Shown here: one piece after another, positions 60,100 through 64,000 of the stretch
Position numbering within the stretch: the stretch's first letter is position 1
Layout: each line of letters opens with the position of its first letter
Assembly: GCA_018882895.1 (NCBI GenBank)
Contig: VERF01000006.1
Location: 45-64,044, forward strand
Origin: Candidatus Kapaibacterium sp.
GTDB taxonomy: Bacteria; Bacteroidota; Ignavibacteria; Kapaibacteriales; Kapaibacteriaceae
Direction: 5' to 3'
Length of the DNA: 64,000 nucleotides
Program-made: the position numbers and the translations under genes
Notes under the pieces: generated by a model
What the model was told of the DNA's origin: nothing
Seen by the model: the letters and a program-made list of their open reading frames with translations, nothing else
Database searches by the model: none

Positions 60100-61059
60100 A
60101 TGAAGCGTTTCACCTCGGTACAGGATATCATTGGCGGACCCGGTCTTATGGCGGCGATGAAGCGAGCACTCGACTATGCGGCCGATCCGTGGATGCATGA
60201 GGGACTTGGACGTCGGCGCACGGTGGGTCTGCTCTTCATGAACCCTTCGCTGCGTACGCGTATGAGCACGCAGAAGGCTGCCTCGCTGCTGGGTGCGGAG
60301 ACGATCGTGCTGAATGCCGGCAGTGACTCGTGGACGCTCGAGACGCGCGATGGGGTGGTGATGGACGGTTCGACAACTGAGCACATCAAGGAAGCGGCCG
60401 CCGTGATGGGCGCGTACTGCGACGTGCTTGGCCTGCGCACGTTTGCCGGCCTAACGGACCGCGCTCATGATTACCAAGAAACGGTACTCGAAAAGTTTAT
60501 CACCTATGCCGGCGTGCCGGTCATCAGCCTCGAGAGTGCCACACGTCACCCCCTGCAAAGCTTTGCCGATCTCATCACCATCGAGCAGCATAAGACACGT
60601 CAGCGTCCAAAGGTGGTGCTGACCTGGGCACCCCATCCCAAGGCCCTGCCACAGGCAGTGGCCAACTCATTCGTTGAATGGATGCGTCATGCAGACGTAG
60701 AGCTGGTGGTGACGCATCCGGAAGGTTATGAGCTTGATCCGTCATTCGTCGGCGATGCCACGGTCATGTACGATCGTGATGCTGCCTTTGAAGGCGCCGA
60801 CTTCATCTACGCCAAGAACTGGTCGGCCGTTGAGCCTTATGGGGCTATCCTGTCGCAGGACAAGCACTGGACCGTTACGCCGGAAGCGATGTCGCATACC
60901 AGCAATGCCAAGTTCATGCACTGCCTACCGGTGCGACGTAACATGATCGTTGACGATGCGGTGATCGATGCGCCAACGTCCATCGTGATCCCACAAGCCG
61001 CCAACAGGGTTGTCTCTGCCCAGACGGTTCTGTCCTTTATGCTTGAAGGACTCGGCTGA
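60100..61059 (+). CDS. argF: N-acyl(succinyl/acetyl)-ornithine carbamoyltransferase (ArgF')
   Basis: FMNPSLRTR, MDG...EH..E, HPLQ, LTWAPHPKALPQAVANS, KNWS, FMHCLPVRR. Confidence 0.93.
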   Translation: MKRFTSVQDIIGGPGLMAAMKRALDYAADPWMHEGLGRRRTVGLLFMNPSLRTRMSTQKAASLLGAETIVLNAGSDSWTLETRDGVVMDGSTTEHIKEAAAVMGAYCDVLGLRTFAGLTDRAHDYQETVLEKFITYAGVPVISLESATRHPLQSFADLITIEQHKTRQRPKVVLTWAPHPKALPQAVANSFVEWMRHADVELVVTHPEGYELDPSFVGDATVMYDRDAAFEGADFIYAKNWSAVEPYGAILSQDKHWTVTPEAMSHTSNAKFMHCLPVRRNMIVDDAVIDAPTSIVIPQAANRVVSAQTVLSFMLEGLG

Positions 61060-61829
61060 TGAAAGTGATCAAGATCGGTGGGGCCGTGCTCGACGAACCG
61101 TACCTGCGCAAGCAGATGCTTGATGCGGTCCCGCGTCTGGCAGAGCCCTGCATTCTTGTTCACGGTGGGGGAGTGATCGCTACGAAGCTCGCTCGCGAGT
61201 TGAACGTTCCACAGACCATGGTCGACGGACGTCGTGTCACCGATGCGGCCACGCTGGAGATCGTGGTGATGGCCTACGCCGGCAGCGTCAACAAGTCCCT
61301 TGTGGCTGAACTCTACGCGCTGGGACGTCCCGCAATTGGCATCACCGGCGCCGATGCAGACGTTGTGCGCGCGCATCGGCGGGAGCATCCGACGCTGGAC
61401 TTCGGCTTTGTGGGTGACATTGATCACATCAACACCAAGCAGCTTCGCTCATTCCTGGATCAAGGCATGAGTGTTGTCGTAGCGCCCATTACGCACGACG
61501 GCGGCGGACAGCTGCTGAATACCAATGCCGACACCATGGCGGCAGAGATCGCCATCGCTCTTGTGAAGTCCGCCGATGCTGATGCAGAGCGCGTGTCGCT
61601 CCACTTCGTCTTTGAGCACCGAGGTGTACTGGCATCGGTTGATGATCCCGATTCGGTCTTCGAATGTATCGAGTCGGCAGACGTACCTTCACTCGTTAGC
61701 CAGGGAGTGATAACAAAGGGTATGATGCCCAAGATCTCCAACGCCGTACGAGCCGCAGAGGCCGGGGTAGAGGTTGTGATCCAGCACGTAGGTGATTGCG
61801 GCACAACGGGTGGGACGCGCATCGTATGA
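61059..61829 (+). CDS. argB: Acylglutamate kinase
   Basis: VIKIGG, VHGGG, DGRRVTD, LLNTNADT, GMMPK. Confidence 0.96.
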   Translation: MKVIKIGGAVLDEPYLRKQMLDAVPRLAEPCILVHGGGVIATKLARELNVPQTMVDGRRVTDAATLEIVVMAYAGSVNKSLVAELYALGRPAIGITGADADVVRAHRREHPTLDFGFVGDIDHINTKQLRSFLDQGMSVVVAPITHDGGGQLLNTNADTMAAEIAIALVKSADADAERVSLHFVFEHRGVLASVDDPDSVFECIESADVPSLVSQGVITKGMMPKISNAVRAAEAGVEVVIQHVGDCGTTGGTRIV

Positions 61830-62881
61830 TCGAGCTACTGCAACGACTCATTGCTACGCGGTCATTCTCCAGAGAGGAGAATGTGACGGCGGATATTCTC
61901 GAGGACCATTTACGCGGCTGTGGTCGCCCCGTTCAGCGTTTCGGCAACAACGTGCTGTCGTTGCCGGAACCGGATGGACGTCCGATATGGCTGCTGAACT
62001 CTCATCACGATACGGTGCGTCCGGGCGGTGGCTGGAGTCATGATCCGCTCGTCCCAACGATCGTTGACGGACGTCTCTACGGTCTGGGCTCCAACGATGC
62101 CGGTGGGGCGCTTGTGATGATGCTCGCTGCGTATCTGCACATGTCGGAGAAGTCCGATACTCCGGTGCAGTTTGCCTTTGCCGCTACTGCCGAGGAAGAG
62201 GTAAGTGGCGATGGCGGCATGGCGCTGCTTGCGCGCGAGGTCTTCGACAAGTATCCTCTTGCCTGCGCTCTTGTGGGCGAGCCCACACAGATGCAGATGG
62301 CGGTGGCCGAGAGGGGGCTGATGGTGCTTGACTGCACATGGCACGGCCGGACGGGACACGCAGCCCGCAAGGAGGGCATCAACGCCATCTATGCGGCGCT
62401 GGCCGACATCGAATGGTTCCGCACGTTTGAGTTTACCGATATCACCGGTGACCTCGGTGAGGTGTCGATGACCGTCACGCAGATCAATGCCGGTACGCAG
62501 CACAACGTCGTCCCCGACGTCTGCACGGCCGTTGTTGATGTGCGCGTGCCCGGCTCGCATACGCACGAGGATGTGCTGGCGGTTATCCGCGCGCACGTGA
62601 GCTGCGACTGTCAGCCCCGTTCCATGAGGTTGCGTTCCTCATCCATCGCGATGGATCATCCTCTTGTTCAGTCGGGCCTCGCGCTCGGCATGAAGGCCTA
62701 TGCCAGCCCCACAATGTCTGACCAGGCTCTGCTGCCATCGGGCGTTCCGTCGCTCAAGATCGGTCCGGGCAACAGTGCGCGCTCGCACACGCCTGACGAG
62801 TGGATCGGCATCGACGAGGTGGAGTCGGGCATTGCCACATTCATTCATCTGCTCGAAACAACCATGCGGAGTCTGCAATGA
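61826..62881 (+). CDS. argE: M20-family acylcitrulline/acylornithine deacylase
   Basis: LLNSHHDTV, LYGLGSNDAG, AEEE, VGEPT, GHAA, RSHTPDE; operon position. Confidence 0.85.
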   Translation: MIELLQRLIATRSFSREENVTADILEDHLRGCGRPVQRFGNNVLSLPEPDGRPIWLLNSHHDTVRPGGGWSHDPLVPTIVDGRLYGLGSNDAGGALVMMLAAYLHMSEKSDTPVQFAFAATAEEEVSGDGGMALLAREVFDKYPLACALVGEPTQMQMAVAERGLMVLDCTWHGRTGHAARKEGINAIYAALADIEWFRTFEFTDITGDLGEVSMTVTQINAGTQHNVVPDVCTAVVDVRVPGSHTHEDVLAVIRAHVSCDCQPRSMRLRSSSIAMDHPLVQSGLALGMKAYASPTMSDQALLPSGVPSLKIGPGNSARSHTPDEWIGIDEVESGIATFIHLLETTMRSLQ

Positions 62882-64000
62882 AGCCATGGGATAAAGGGGC
62901 TCCTATCGATGCGTTGATGGAGCAATTCACTGTTGGACGAGACCGTGACGTTGACGCGCGTCTAGCGCGCTGGGACGTTGTGGGCTCCATCGCCCATGCC
63001 GAGATGCTCGGCACGGTTGGCCTCATCTCTGATGACGAGCGACGTCAGCTGACGGCGGCGTTATCGGAGCTGCTCGAAGAGATCGACCGCAACGGAATTG
63101 TTATCGACCCGGCCTGTGAGGACATCCACTCACACGTCGAGGCCGTGCTGACGCAGAAGCTTGGTGATGTGGGCAAGAAGATCCACACCGGGCGCAGCCG
63201 CAACGACCAGGTACTTGTGGACCTCAAGCTCTTCCTGCGTCACGAGCTCCGCAGCACGCGCATGCGCGTTAAGGAACTTGCCGATCTGCTCATCACGCTT
63301 GCCGAGAAGTACAACACCGTGGAGCTGCCCGGCTACACGCACTTCCAGATCGCCATGCCCTCGAGCTTTGGTCTATGGTTTGGCGGCTATGCCGAGGCCC
63401 TCATCGAAGATCTGCGCGTGCTGGACATGGGCATTGATGCTGCAAATGCCAACCCTCTTGGCAGTGCTGCAGGCTATGGCACGTCGCTTCCGCTTGATAG
63501 GGGGCTTACCACGCGCGCGCTGAACTTCGATCGCGTACACGTCACCAGCACCTTTGCTCAAATGTCGCGCGGGCGCACCGAAAAGCTCGCAGCCATTGCG
63601 CTTGCTCAGCCCCTTTCCACTCTTGCGCGTTTCGCTGCCGATGTGGTGCAGTATGCAAGTCAGAACTATGGCTTCATCACCTTGCCCGAGGCCTTTACCA
63701 CCGGCTCGAGCATCATGCCGCACAAGCGCAACCCTGATGTCTTCGAAGTACTTCGTGCGCGGTGCAATCGCCTGCAGTCCGCGGCGCACGAGATCGCGAC
63801 CATGCTCACCAATCTTCCGTCGGGCTACCACCGCGACATGCAGTTCATCAAGGACGTCATCGTCGACGCCATCGACGAAGCCCAGCTTCTGTTGGACGTT
63901 GCCCTGCATGTTGTGCCGCACATCACGCCCGTTCAGAATCTGCTCCAAGACCCTTCCTACGATCCTATCTACAGCGTTGCCCGTGTAGAGGAACTCGTCC
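62878..64000 (+). CDS. argH: Argininosuccinate lyase, truncated at window end
   Basis: MKPWDKG...EDIHSHVE...KIHTGRSRNDQ...PGYTHFQ...TGSSIMPHKRNPDVFE, read directly from the sequence. Confidence 0.97.
   Translation, partial: MKPWDKGAPIDALMEQFTVGRDRDVDARLARWDVVGSIAHAEMLGTVGLISDDERRQLTAALSELLEEIDRNGIVIDPACEDIHSHVEAVLTQKLGDVGKKIHTGRSRNDQVLVDLKLFLRHELRSTRMRVKELADLLITLAEKYNTVELPGYTHFQIAMPSSFGLWFGGYAEALIEDLRVLDMGIDAANANPLGSAAGYGTSLPLDRGLTTRALNFDRVHVTSTFAQMSRGRTEKLAAIALAQPLSTLARFAADVVQYASQNYGFITLPEAFTTGSSIMPHKRNPDVFEVLRARCNRLQSAAHEIATMLTNLPSGYHRDMQFIKDVIVDAIDEAQLLLDVALHVVPHITPVQNLLQDPSYDPIYSVARVEELV

Noticed and set aside
1-64000. Mobile elements, prophage or defence systems
   Set aside because: No transposase, integrase, phage structural, restriction-modification or toxin-antitoxin signatures recognised; SRAP alone is insufficient.

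Overview
A gene-dense chromosomal window from a Bacteroidota-related bacterium. The T9SS cargo and PorV genes, TAnnTTTG-type promoters and Bacteroidota-type arg pathway suggest a Kapabacteria/Ignavibacteria-like lineage, which is an inference. The left half (1-34.5 kb) holds envelope and housekeeping genes: a TonB-dependent receptor / giant secreted protein / PorV-like trio, a GWxTD protein, lipid A acyltransferase, GT9, RluB, BatA-vWA, a J-domain protein, M61 peptidase, a TPR lipoprotein, clpS, a CADD - class II amidotransferase - frameshifted orphan nuoL unit, SRAP, two thioredoxin-fold proteins, a disordered RGG-repeat protein, lysA, LuxR and Crp/Fnr regulators, and an MFS transporter. The middle (34.7-55.9 kb) has an spd/mitochondrial-type EF-G placed directly in front of the str-S10-spc-alpha cluster, whose own fusA is degenerate in domain IV and which lacks rpsD. 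The right end has yihA, purE and an arginine biosynthesis operon truncated in argH. The best candidate for an undescribed system is a 28-codon, 10-Arg (6 CGA) leader ORF with alternative base-pairings directly upstream of the arg operon, a probable arginine-sensing leader-peptide attenuator. A 22-bp-phased array of four Crp/Fnr-like boxes and the EF-G division of labour are also notable. I saw no rRNA, tRNA, CRISPR array or mobile element. All family assignments come from motif recognition by eye, not from database searches.
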